This document shows positions 1 through 8,469 of a stretch of 64,000 bases of DNA, in pieces; positions within the stretch are counted from its first letter, which is position 1, and each line of letters begins with the position of its first letter. Both the position numbers and the translations under genes were made by a program. The notes below the pieces were generated by a model. The model worked only from the letters and a program-made list of their open reading frames with translations. It had not been told where the DNA came from and did not search any database. Source of the DNA: a virus. The stretch spans positions 96,001-160,000 of IMG/VR virus record IMGVR_UViG_3300032401_000001; one strand, given 5' to 3'.

Positions 1-1
1 C

Positions 2-154
2 AAGTTCGATGAGACTCAGTTCAACCCGGATCCCATCGACAGCCGCACCAGCGCGCGCAACCACGAGAGCTACGTGATCATGGTGGCGGCGAAGTCCGCC
101 AAGGCGCGGCCGAAGCTGTACTGGCCCGTCGTGTCGATGCTGCGCAAGGCGTAG
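2..154 (+). CDS. hypothetical protein, 3' end (truncated by window)
   Basis: Open GC3-rich frame KFDETQFNPD...SMLRKA* ending in TAG 152-154. Confidence 0.5.
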   Translation, partial: KFDETQFNPDPIDSRTSARNHESYVIMVAAKSAKARPKLYWPVVSMLRKA

Positions 155-156
155 TC

Positions 157-690
157 GTGGCCTACGATCATCAGAAGGTACAGGCGTGGTTGCAGGATGT
201 GCCACGTGGGGCGCCGGCGTTTCTGACGTTGCGGCTCTGGATGGCGTGCATCAATCCACGGAACTTCGGTCTGGAAGTGACGCGGTATCACGACCTCGTT
301 GATCAGTTCCATGCGGCGTCGCCCTGGGAGCAGGTCAACATGCTCTACGGGCTCAAGGATCTGCTCATCGTCGATCTGGATAGCAGTCTCCAGGTCTATG
401 GGCGTAAGACGCGGGCTGAAGACGAAGCCGCTGATCCAGAGCTGCAGCGCATCTTGCGCGAGCGCTACGAGAAGTCCAAGACGTCGACGCAGAACATCCC
501 CGACGGGAGCATGGGTTGCTTCGCGCCAGATCCGCTGTGCTCGATCTGTGGGCAGCCCTACGTGCATCATCAGCACCCCATGAAGCCACTCGGTGTTATC
601 ATCAGCTCAACCTGTGGTTGCACTGGGGAGACGGACAATGCCCAAGAAGCCGAACGGCGCCGACGTGGATCAGCTGGACCCCGACGCTGA
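157..690 (+). CDS. hypothetical phage protein
   Basis: 177 aa ORF, GC3-rich codons, follows the upstream stop by 2 nt. Confidence 0.65.
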   Translation: MAYDHQKVQAWLQDVPRGAPAFLTLRLWMACINPRNFGLEVTRYHDLVDQFHAASPWEQVNMLYGLKDLLIVDLDSSLQVYGRKTRAEDEAADPELQRILRERYEKSKTSTQNIPDGSMGCFAPDPLCSICGQPYVHHQHPMKPLGVIISSTCGCTGETDNAQEAERRRRGSAGPRR

Positions 691-937
691 GGAGTTCCCG
701 GATCCGGAGTTTGTGCCGCTGGAGACGCTCGACGAGGACACGGACCCCAACCATCCGCTTCCTGATGCCGACGCCGAGAAGTCTCCTGACGACTCCGAAG
801 AAGAAACGGACTACTGCACCGGGTGCAAAGAAGAGTTCCCGCTTTGTGACTTGTGCGATGAGTGCGGGGAGTGCTGCGACTGTTGCGTCTGTCACATCAA
901 TGACGCCGACAAGGTGCGGCCCGATCCCGAGGAGTGA
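638..937 (+). CDS. acidic, Cys-cluster small protein (putative metal binding)
   Basis: GGAG SD before ATG 638; D/E-rich N-terminus then CTGCKEEFPLCDLCDECGECCDCCVCH. Confidence 0.7.
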   Translation: MPKKPNGADVDQLDPDAEEFPDPEFVPLETLDEDTDPNHPLPDADAEKSPDDSEEETDYCTGCKEEFPLCDLCDECGECCDCCVCHINDADKVRPDPEE

Positions 938-939
938 CC

Positions 940-1326
940 ATGCTCGTGCTCGCTGAAGTCTTTCTGCCGCTCGGCCCCCAGGCCAAGATCTGCAAGGTGG
1001 CCCTGCCCGAAGGTACCAAGGTCCTCAAGTTCGGCGTGCAGGTCGAGAAGGGCATGATTCAGCAACCGGGACCGCAGAGCGGTCAGACCGTCGTCAATCT
1101 GAAGCCGGTGATGCTGTGCCTGTTCGACCCGCAAGCTCCGGTAGCGCCACGGCGGTTCATCATGGCGAACATCGGTGACCCGATTCCCGACGGTGCGACT
1201 TACCTCGATGGGTTGCAACTGCCGGACGGGAACCTGGTGCACCTGCTCGAAGTTCCGCTGTTGTCTGAGCTGCCGCAGAAGACTCAGCCGCAGCTGCGGC
1301 CGGTGGTACTGTCGGGAGACGCCTGA
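940..1326 (+). CDS. hypothetical phage protein
   Basis: GAGGAG SD before ATG 940; tightly coupled to the previous gene. Confidence 0.7.
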   Translation: MLVLAEVFLPLGPQAKICKVALPEGTKVLKFGVQVEKGMIQQPGPQSGQTVVNLKPVMLCLFDPQAPVAPRRFIMANIGDPIPDGATYLDGLQLPDGNLVHLLEVPLLSELPQKTQPQLRPVVLSGDA

Positions 1327-1360
1327 TGCGCTCGCTCGACTTGCCACAAGAAGCGGAGCT

Positions 1361-1567
1361 TTGACGGTACAAGCAGGCGTCACCGAACGGCTCTATCGCA
1401 TCACTGCTCCTCATTTCTGCGCTGGTTTCGTCGTGCATGGTCACTACGTGCGCGATACGGCGCCCATCCTTCATTGGCTGAAAGGCTGGCCACTCACGGC
1501 GGTGCTGGTCTACTGCCGGCGCAAGCGGTGGCAGCTTGAACGCATTTCTGACACGCCGGTTCAATAG
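1361..1567 (+). CDS. small phage hypothetical protein
   Basis: GGAG SD before TTG 1361; YRITAPHFCAGFVV...APILHWLKG resembles a recurrent small phage protein motif. Confidence 0.6.
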   Translation: MTVQAGVTERLYRITAPHFCAGFVVHGHYVRDTAPILHWLKGWPLTAVLVYCRRKRWQLERISDTPVQ

Positions 1568-1575
1568 AGGACGAC

Positions 1576-2055
1576 ATGAGCGTATGGCGTAGCTTGCTCA
1601 TGGGCATCACCTGGCCGACGCGTCGCTGGCGCGTCGCCGCCGGGCGTTGTCCGTGGTGCAACGAAGAGCTGCTCAAGGCCGTGCTGCAGGGCGGTCCGCT
1701 CGATCATCGGCTGGGTGAGGTTGCCTACTGCCAGCGCTACCACTACTTCTCGAGCGTCTGCAAGTATCGGCAGCGTATCTTCGATGCAGTCACCGCGCAG
1801 AGCACTGAAGACGCCTACACCGTGAAGGTGCAGCTGCAGGACCCCAAGGGGAACCTGCCGCGGGAGACCCGGGAAGTCATCGACGCGCTTGTCTACGCTC
1901 TGCATCGCGTCGTGCTGTACGAGCGCATCGACGAGATCGACATGCAGTACTACAAGGAGCAGGCGACCCAGGCGGCGCTGCGGTCCAGTGAGCGGCTTCT
2001 TGATCGGCTGCTCTGTTTGGACGGCGGGGCTAGGGTGGCAAAGGGGTCACGATGA
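1576..2055 (+). CDS. hypothetical protein with CxxC motifs
   Basis: GAGGA SD, 159 aa, CPWC motif. Confidence 0.7.
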   Translation: MSVWRSLLMGITWPTRRWRVAAGRCPWCNEELLKAVLQGGPLDHRLGEVAYCQRYHYFSSVCKYRQRIFDAVTAQSTEDAYTVKVQLQDPKGNLPRETREVIDALVYALHRVVLYERIDEIDMQYYKEQATQAALRSSERLLDRLLCLDGGARVAKGSR

Positions 2056-2461
2056 TGTCGGTGCCCGAGAGCGTGGCCAGCGGGAGGTAGTAGCAGTTCT
2101 CGCGGATGATTCGCGTGGTCGTGACACCTTGAATCGTCAGCGTCTGCGTGGTGGCGTCGTGGATGAGCACACCGGCCGGTGAACGCGCGATCGCACGGAC
2201 CACACGCTGCAAGCCACCGTCGGTGTTCTCGGTGAGCAGCGTGACGAAGCTGCCACTGAGTTCACTGCCTTGAACGCCGGCGATGAAGAGCTCGAGGTCC
2301 TGGGCACGCAGGGTACGGCTCTGCGAGAGCACCGTGGTCAACACGTTCAGGATGACGCCACCAACTCCGGTGCCACCATCGCTGCAGTTGTAGTAGCGGA
2401 ACGTCCGGGTGTAGTTGGTGGCGGGGGTCTCGGTGCGCAGTGTGGTGTAGGCGAAGCTCAC
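2030..2461 (-). CDS. hypothetical protein
   Basis: 143 aa ORF; TAGAAT -10-like hexamer just upstream on the minus strand. Confidence 0.6.
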   Translation of the reverse strand: MSFAYTTLRTETPATNYTRTFRYYNCSDGGTGVGGVILNVLTTVLSQSRTLRAQDLELFIAGVQGSELSGSFVTLLTENTDGGLQRVVRAIARSPAGVLIHDATTQTLTIQGVTTTRIIRENCYYLPLATLSGTDIIVTPLPP

Positions 2462-2538
2462 GGGGCCATTCTACTACGCTTCCCACCGTCGTAAACGCGC
2501 TCTTTCTTTCGGTACAAGGACTTGAAAGGAAGGTGTCC

Positions 2539-3018
2539 ATGCGCGACGAGAAGCAGGGAATCCCGGAGTATGGCCCGGCTCTGATGGCCATCCTCATGGC
2601 CTACGAGTGCATCGCCGAACTCCCTCTCCAGGCGATGGCTCGCGCGTGCGGGTGCGACCTCGACGCGCTCAACGCGCGCGTCAACATCGCGTTCGACGGC
2701 GCCGTCATCTACATCGCGGTCGACGGGGCGACGTGGAGGTCGGCGATGAAGGACGGCGACAGTGGTCGCTGGCTCCTGACGCAGGAGCACCCGATCCCGC
2801 CCTCTGCGCGGGTGTGGTGCGACGTCTTCGGCAACGCCGAGGCGGCGGTGCGCGACACCCTGCGGGCGCTTGCCAACCGGCTGGCCAAGCCGGTGCCCTC
2901 CTACGAGGCCCAGCGGGGGGCCAACGAGGAGTACTACGAGAACGGCTGCGTCTCCGACTTCGCGCACGACCGCGCATGTCAGGAGATTGCAGGCAACGAG
3001 AAGCTGTCCGCTGCTTAG
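2539..3018 (+). CDS. hypothetical phage protein
   Basis: GAAGG SD before ATG 2539, strong GC3 bias. Confidence 0.7.
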   Translation: MRDEKQGIPEYGPALMAILMAYECIAELPLQAMARACGCDLDALNARVNIAFDGAVIYIAVDGATWRSAMKDGDSGRWLLTQEHPIPPSARVWCDVFGNAEAAVRDTLRALANRLAKPVPSYEAQRGANEEYYENGCVSDFAHDRACQEIAGNEKLSAA

Positions 3019-3019
3019 C

Positions 3020-3520
3020 AGCGACTCCAGACAGTTAGCAGGAGGCTGGTACCGACTTCCCGCCCGGTGACCTCCAGTCCGTCGACGACGGCTCCTGGGG
3101 TGAGACCTGGTTATTCGGTGCGTGGAGTAGGATTTCCCGATTCGAGGAGGACGCCATGAACCCTGGGCAGTGTGCATCTACTACGGTCTGGCCGGGCGTT
3201 GCCCGCCAACTGGAGTAGATGGTCCTGGTCGCGGGCAAGGCCCGGTCAGACCTCGATGGCGTACCGCAGCCGCCAGCCGGTGTGAAGCTGGGAAGCGGGA
3301 GTTCCACCTGGAAGGATAGGTTGAGTCGTGGCGTCGCCCATCCGACGCCGTTTGTTGTGAGAACCGGGGACTCGAGTCCGGTTCTCTTTAGGCGCAAAAC
3401 GGGGGCCTCTCTGCGGTACAAGGAAGTGTCCCGGAACCATCGACCCTCTCTCCCAAGGGTAATCGGTGGTCGGCCGGGCACTCGTCGTGCGTCTCTCAGC
3501 TGAACGCATGACGGCACACG
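3020..3520 (+). ncRNA. candidate structured RNA / long structured leader
   Basis: ~500 nt without a convincing gene; perfect helices 3175-3182/3214-3221, 3330-3336/3343-3349, 3359-3367/3378-3386. Confidence 0.35.
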
Positions 3521-3535
3521 CATCAGGAGGCTCCC

Positions 3536-3889
3536 ATGAAAGCTGCTCGGCTGTTCGGCGTCACCGTTCTCTACGTCATCGTCGCGGCCATCTATGTGCC
3601 GGTGGTCGCCCTCCACATCGCCAGCTGGCCGGTCCGCATGGCCGCCTGGATCCTCGTCGGTCGGAATGCCCAGGGTGGGCTCGCCGGGGTGTGCGTCGGT
3701 CTGGCGAACCTCCTGCGGCGCCTGGCGCGCACGCAGACCGCGCTGGCCTACGGGTACAACAACCTGCAGGCGTACGACGAGCACGTCGCTGAGGAGGCCG
3801 CCCGCATGAAGGCGGAGTTCGAGGCGGGCCTCGCGGCGGGTCGGGCACACGCGGCTGCGGCCGCCGGTGCGGTGCCCAGCGCTACGTAA
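3536..3889 (+). CDS. putative membrane protein
   Basis: AGGAGG SD; hydrophobic N-terminal segments. Confidence 0.7.
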   Translation: MKAARLFGVTVLYVIVAAIYVPVVALHIASWPVRMAAWILVGRNAQGGLAGVCVGLANLLRRLARTQTALAYGYNNLQAYDEHVAEEAARMKAEFEAGLAAGRAHAAAAAGAVPSAT

Positions 3890-3919
3890 CACCTTCGTCC
3901 GTAGTACACTCCGGCTTCA

Positions 3920-3958
3920 AAGGGGCGCGCGTTGGGAGGCGTGCGCCCCTGCCTCTTT
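3920..3958 (+). terminator. putative intrinsic terminator
   Basis: AGGGGCGC...GCGCCCCT hairpin followed by CTCTTT. Confidence 0.45.
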
Positions 3959-3973
3959 AGCTAGGGAGCGCGC

Positions 3974-4270
3974 ATGGACATCGGTGACGAAGTTGAAGTC
4001 GTGACCGCTGACAAGCATCACGAATGTGCTCGCATTGGTCAACGAGCGCGGGTCATTGGGCGTCAGGGACCGCTGTTGCAACTGCACCTGCGCTGTGGGC
4101 ATGTCTGGCCGATGCCCGAAGCTTCACTGCGCCAGCTCGATGCCACCGAAGTTGAAACGCCGGTGCGCGGTGAAAGCAACGCGGACCGCAAGCGTCGTGA
4201 GCAGGAAGAGGTCGAAGAGCAGAAACGCCTCGCACGAGAAGACGACCTGAGTTCTTTCGACGACGAGTGA
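3974..4270 (+). CDS. hypothetical protein (SH3/KOW-like N-terminus possible)
   Basis: GGGAG SD; MDIGDEVEVVT start. Confidence 0.65.
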   Translation: MDIGDEVEVVTADKHHECARIGQRARVIGRQGPLLQLHLRCGHVWPMPEASLRQLDATEVETPVRGESNADRKRREQEEVEEQKRLAREDDLSSFDDE

Positions 4271-4301
4271 CCTGGCGGCGTGGTTGCGGTACCATGGGGA
4301 C

Positions 4302-4889
4302 ATGACACCTGACGACGAGAAGACTACGGATTCCCGGATCATCGAGAGCGCGGTGGCGGGTGCCGTAGCTGGATTGGCTGATGACGATGCGCCACTGGTG
4401 AAGGTCGAAGAGACGGCGTCACAGCGCTTCGCCAACTACTGCAAAGGCGTCGGGGGGCTCGTCAGCGGTATCACAGCGGTTGCGGCGGTGGTGCTCAGCA
4501 TCTTCGCATTGACGCGCGGTGAGCCGACAGCGAAGAAGGGCTACCAGGCCGTCGACGTGGTCGTCAAGCAACTCTCGACGGACATGCAGAAGGAACACGA
4601 CGACCGTATTCGAGTCGAGGCCCTGATGGGCAAAGACGTGACCTCAGTGCGCGAACAGCTGCAGTTGGTGGTGCAGCTGCTCTCGGTGCGCGCGACTCCG
4701 GCGGTGCGTCGACCCGTACGCTTGCCGCCGGTGACGAAGAGCAACCCGCCCACCGCCGCTCCTCCGGCACCGGCGTCACAGCCGGCGGAGATCCTGCAGA
4801 CCCTCACCTTGAAGTCGCAGGTGAAGATGACGAAGAAGGCACCGCCATCAGCGCGGCCACCGCTACGGAAGCTGCCGCCGCTTCCGTGA
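4302..4889 (+). CDS. membrane-anchored protein with coiled coil and Pro-rich tail
   Basis: One TM-like segment (GLVSGITAVAAVVLSIFAL) and a Pro-rich C-terminus. Confidence 0.65.
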   Translation: MTPDDEKTTDSRIIESAVAGAVAGLADDDAPLVKVEETASQRFANYCKGVGGLVSGITAVAAVVLSIFALTRGEPTAKKGYQAVDVVVKQLSTDMQKEHDDRIRVEALMGKDVTSVREQLQLVVQLLSVRATPAVRRPVRLPPVTKSNPPTAAPPAPASQPAEILQTLTLKSQVKMTKKAPPSARPPLRKLPPLP

Positions 4890-5099
4890 GTCGTGGTAGA
4901 GCGCGCGGACTCGGGCTACGGTCTCCTGGGGCTTGAGTTGCTTGCCCTGCGCTTGTGACCCTACGGACGTAGGGCCAGCGGTGCCTGGTGCCTTTGGTCG
5001 TGGCATAGTGGCCATGCTTTGATTCTGCCACAAGCTGAGATTCGCTGGTTTCCCTTTCCGTTCAGAACGTGCCAACGCGCGTCGTCGGTGCTACACCGA

Positions 5100-5996
5100 C
5101 AGAAGAGGCTACGGTAGAGGTGGTTGCGCCGCCGCAGTGAAACTCATCGCCCAGCTCGAGCCGGCTTCGCGGGCCTCCGGTGGTCTACCTCCTTCGTCCC
5201 AGCTCACCCGCCTCGAGCTGGGCGTATTCGCAACAACGAAGTGAACGGAATTTTGCTCGTCTGGTGTAGGGCTGTTCGTGAGTCGCGAATCACGAATCGC
5301 TGCCGCCGGCGTCACGCCGGCATTCTCGTGGGCACGAGAGTTCTCGGGTATGCGGTTGCTCGGACCAGGCCTGGTGCCGGTCCCCGCAACCAGCGATAGC
5401 AGACGAGGGTCGTCAGCCGGCTGCTGCGCCCGAAGAAGGGCTACGAATGCCCTTCTTCGCGCGCTGCCCCCCGGCTGTCGAACGTAGCAGACGAGAATGT
5501 TCTCTGCTGATGACCACCGCGTCCGGCGGTAAGTGCCCCCGGACGCCAGGTCATCAGCATGAAAACGTAGCAGACGAGAAGCGATGTGCGCGGCTGTCTA
5601 ACGTCCCGCCTCGGCTGCGCCGATCTGGGACGTCGACAGACCGTGCAACGAAGCAGACGAGCTTTGAGGCCTCAGTGCGCTGTCTGTCAGCGCTGGTAGT
5701 GCAACGCTACTCTGGTAGCTGCAGTGTGGCTCACCTCGTGATGTCGACCCGCCAGGCTGCGCTGCGCTTTCCTGGCGGTCGACATCCCTGCGGTGAAAGC
5801 CGAGCACCCACAGCCAACCGAGCTAAGTGAGGCTTCTACGAACCCTAGTACGCTGTCCCACAGCGTCGACGGCGTTACGGCCGTCTCTGGAGCTCCACTC
5901 GAGGTGACGAGGGCGCATGTCAGCTCCCAGTCGCCTCGACTGGGAACCGACATGCTTTCGGCGCCCGCCGAATGCCCAAGGCAACTGTAGGGTTCG
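5100..5996 (+). ncRNA. candidate large structured non-coding RNA (~900 nt)
   Basis: No credible gene; many long helices (5149-5160/5212-5223, 5431-5441/5449-5459, 5505-5515/5549-5559, 5740-5756/5771-5786, 5839-5847/5988-5996). Confidence 0.6.
5397..5661 (+). repeat. four copies of (T/A)AGCAGACGAG at 83-88 nt spacing
   Basis: Copies start at 5397, 5485, 5568 and 5651; the last three are preceded by AACG. Confidence 0.85.
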
Positions 5997-6032
5997 GGAG
6001 TATCATCGGCACAGCAGCGGAGGAGGTCGGCG

Positions 6033-6314
6033 ATGGCATACTTCGATCGCCGGGCGTGCCGGGACTACATGCACCTGGTGCTGTCACAGTTGGACGTGCC
6101 CCAGGTGCCGCTCCTATGGCACTATCTCGCGTACCGTGACGCGCGAATTCTCAGCTGCTTCGACGAAGATCAGCGCGCCAAGGTGCGTGGTCTCGTACAA
6201 GCCTGGGAGTGCCTCTTGCCGATGGAACAAGAGGACGTCATGGCGCATTTCGCTACTGTCCTCGAGGAGCTGGCGCGGCACCACGCCGCATTACCAAGTA
6301 AAGGACCTGGATGA
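6033..6314 (+). CDS. hypothetical protein
   Basis: GGAGGAGG SD; overlaps the next gene (ATGA). Confidence 0.7.
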   Translation: MAYFDRRACRDYMHLVLSQLDVPQVPLLWHYLAYRDARILSCFDEDQRAKVRGLVQAWECLLPMEQEDVMAHFATVLEELARHHAALPSKGPG

Positions 6315-6943
6315 GCGCCAAGAACCGCAAGCAGGCTGCCAAGGCCTTTGACCAGTACCCCACTGATCCGCGCTTGGCGCGTGCCGGCTTCGAGAAGCTC
6401 TGTCAGCGGTACGGCAGCCGCCTCACGGAGATGACGACGTTCCTGGAGCCCGGTGCGGGTCGTGGTCCCTTCTGCCAGGCGGCACGTCTCTACTTGCCCA
6501 ACGTGTGCCGCGTCGTGGGCGTCGAGCGGCATGCGCCGCCACCGGACCGCTTCAAGTACGAGCTCGTGACGCAGGACTTCCTGGCATGGCAGCCCAAGTT
6601 CCGGCCCGACCTCATCGCTACCAACCCGCCGTTCACGCCGGCGGCAGAGTTCATCCGGCACAGCCAGGAACTGCTCGCGCAGGGCGGGTTGATGTTCTAC
6701 CTCATGCGCGTCGGTATCCTCGGGTCCAAGAAGCGACGTGAGCTGTGGCAGCAGGTCAACTTGCTCGAGACCTGGATCATTCGACCGCGGCCGAGCTTCC
6801 AGTACGAGGGTGGCAGCGATGCTTCGGAGTACGCATTCTTCGTGATGGACGGGCGGCAACCCAAGGCGGGGTGCAGTCAGCAGGTGCGGCAGGACTGGGT
6901 GGACTGGGACGGGGATACAGATGAGTTGTTCGAGGAGGAGTGA
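6311..6943 (+). CDS. SAM-dependent N6-adenine-type DNA methyltransferase
   Basis: Motif I FLEPGAGRGPF and motif IV TNPPF. Confidence 0.8.
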   Translation: MSAKNRKQAAKAFDQYPTDPRLARAGFEKLCQRYGSRLTEMTTFLEPGAGRGPFCQAARLYLPNVCRVVGVERHAPPPDRFKYELVTQDFLAWQPKFRPDLIATNPPFTPAAEFIRHSQELLAQGGLMFYLMRVGILGSKKRRELWQQVNLLETWIIRPRPSFQYEGGSDASEYAFFVMDGRQPKAGCSQQVRQDWVDWDGDTDELFEEE

Positions 6944-7407
6944 TGGGACGCCTTCGCCACGGTCATACCCAGGGTGCGCGAATGACCGTTGAGTACCTGG
7001 CGTGGTGCAACATGATTCAGCGGTGTACGAACCCCAAGGTGCAGAGCTATGCTACGCACGGTGCTCGTGGGATCAAAGTTTGTGTGCGCTGGTTGACTGA
7101 TTTTCAGAACTTCCTGGCGGACATGGGACGGAAACCGCGTCCGAGTCATCGGTGGAGTCTTGAACGGAAGGACAACAACGGAGACTACGAACCTGGAAAT
7201 TGTTGCTGGGCAACTTCGAAAGCGCAGGGACGCAACAAGAGAGGTAATCGGCTATTCACCGTCTGGGGTCGAACTCAGTGCGCAGCTGCTTGGGCCGAAG
7301 AGTACGGAATGTCGAAGCAGACGCTGCGCGCACGCCTGCTCCGGGGTTGGTCGATGGAGCGGATTCTCACTACCCCAATTAAGTCGCCATTGCATCAAGC
7401 CTCTTGA
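6940..7407 (+). CDS. phage HNH-type homing endonuclease
   Basis: WCNMIQRC...YxxHGARGIKVC...SLERKDNNGDYEPGNCCWAT signature. Confidence 0.8.
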   Translation: MMGRLRHGHTQGARMTVEYLAWCNMIQRCTNPKVQSYATHGARGIKVCVRWLTDFQNFLADMGRKPRPSHRWSLERKDNNGDYEPGNCCWATSKAQGRNKRGNRLFTVWGRTQCAAAWAEEYGMSKQTLRARLLRGWSMERILTTPIKSPLHQAS

Positions 7408-7507
7408 CGACGCTTTGTAGGCCGATTATCTTACGTAAAGTTACAGGTTTGTTGTGGCCTCCCTTCAGCCTCGTGTTCTTCCTCCTCCAGGCGGAAGAAT
7501 TGCTTGC

Positions 7508-7548
7508 AAACCCCCGGCGGGTGGCGCCTTGCCGGGGGTTTTCCTTTC
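7508..7548 (+). terminator. putative intrinsic terminator
   Basis: AAACCCCCGGC/GCCGGGGGTTT hairpin plus a T-rich tail. Confidence 0.55.
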
Positions 7549-7589
7549 TGCGCCACTTTTCGCAGTACGACCAAGGAGTGACTGAGAAC

Positions 7590-7958
7590 ATGCCCGACAC
7601 GAACCTCTACGTGGGCAACCTGCCCTGGGACATCACCAAGGAAGAGCTGGCGGCGCGCTTTGCGCAGTTCGGCGAAGTCCGTGGGGTACGCATCATCACC
7701 GACAAGGAGACGAGCCGATCGCGCGGCTTCGGTTTCGTCGAGTTCGCGCAGGCGGCCGACGCCCAGGCGGCCCTGGTCGAAGATGGCCAGGACTTCGGGG
7801 GCCGGGCGTTGCGCGTGAATCTCGCCAACCGCCAGAGCGAAGATCGACCGCGCAGCGGTAACGGCAACGGGCAGCGGCCCAAGAGCAACAGTGGCGGCGG
7901 CAAGCCCCGCGGCCACGGCGGCGGGCGTCCGCGCACGGCGTACGGCGACGAGGGCTGA
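7590..7958 (+). CDS. RRM (RNP1/RNP2) RNA-binding protein with Gly/Arg-rich tail
   Basis: RNP2 LYVGNL and RNP1 RGFGFVEF. Confidence 0.92.
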   Translation: MPDTNLYVGNLPWDITKEELAARFAQFGEVRGVRIITDKETSRSRGFGFVEFAQAADAQAALVEDGQDFGGRALRVNLANRQSEDRPRSGNGNGQRPKSNSGGGKPRGHGGGRPRTAYGDEG

Positions 7959-8044
7959 TGCTACGCGTCGTTGGTTGGTGTATCGTAGGACCAGTGCTAC
8001 TGTTCTTCACCATGGTAGTTCACGTGATGGAGTTCTTCTGCTGA
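7958..8044 (+). CDS. possible 28 aa hydrophobic peptide
   Basis: TGATG coupling to the RRM gene; MLRVVGWCIVGPVLLFFTMVVHVMEFFC. Confidence 0.3.
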   Translation: MLRVVGWCIVGPVLLFFTMVVHVMEFFC

Positions 8045-8133
8045 TAGAGGCGCCCCACCGGGACCATCGGGGTATTCAACCGGACGTCGCCCACCGGCTA
8101 GTCACCGGCCGCTGCCTCGAAAGGGCGACACGA

Positions 8134-8469
8134 GGGCCTGAAACGGTTTCGACAGGGGTACAGAAGGCAGAGTAGCGTGCCGTGGTTGATCGGTGGGCCA
8201 CGTTAAAAGCCGATCAAAACCGAAAAGCGAACGACAACATCGTCCGCCAGCCCCTCCGCGCCGCGGCCTAGCCGAGGCGGGAGGAGCGGGGAAGCCCTCA
8301 GAGCTCCTGGCAACAGAAAGAGGGATGGTGGAGGCGCCGCAAGGCGCCCTGTAGCACCGGGTGAGGCTGGCCATACCGGTAACTACGCCAGCACGCCTCG
8401 CAAGAGGCTACGCACGTAGAAGCTCTACTGGAGTACTGCTGGACCCGGGTTCGACTCCCGGCAGGTCCA
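8134..8469 (+). ncRNA. ssrA: tmRNA, tag (A)ANDNIVRQPLRAAA
   Basis: GGGCCTG/CAGGTCC acceptor with G3.U70, GGTTTCGAC 5' motif, T-arm CCGGGTTCGACTCCCGG, tag frame 8227-8271. Confidence 0.95.

Noticed and set aside
70-576. Minus-strand 168 aa ORF
   Set aside because: It overlaps a better-supported plus-strand gene in a plus-strand run.
3025-3160. RNase P RNA (CCAGACAG resembles the 5' P2 strand)
   Set aside because: No GAGGAAAGUCC core and no matching 3' P4 strand were found.
4863-5075. Small minus-strand ORF upstream of the large RNA
   Set aside because: There is no clear SD, it overlaps the end of 4302-4889, and it has no motif, so it is too weak to call.
5397-5661. CRISPR mini-array interpretation of the 4x repeat
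   Set aside because: The repeat is only 11-15 nt and non-palindromic, the spacers are ~70 nt and self-complementary, and no cas genes are present in the window.
5786-5812. Group II intron domain V (GCGGTGAAAGCCG)
   Set aside because: Only the GAAA hairpin matches. The catalytic-triad stem, domain VI and any reverse transcriptase are missing.
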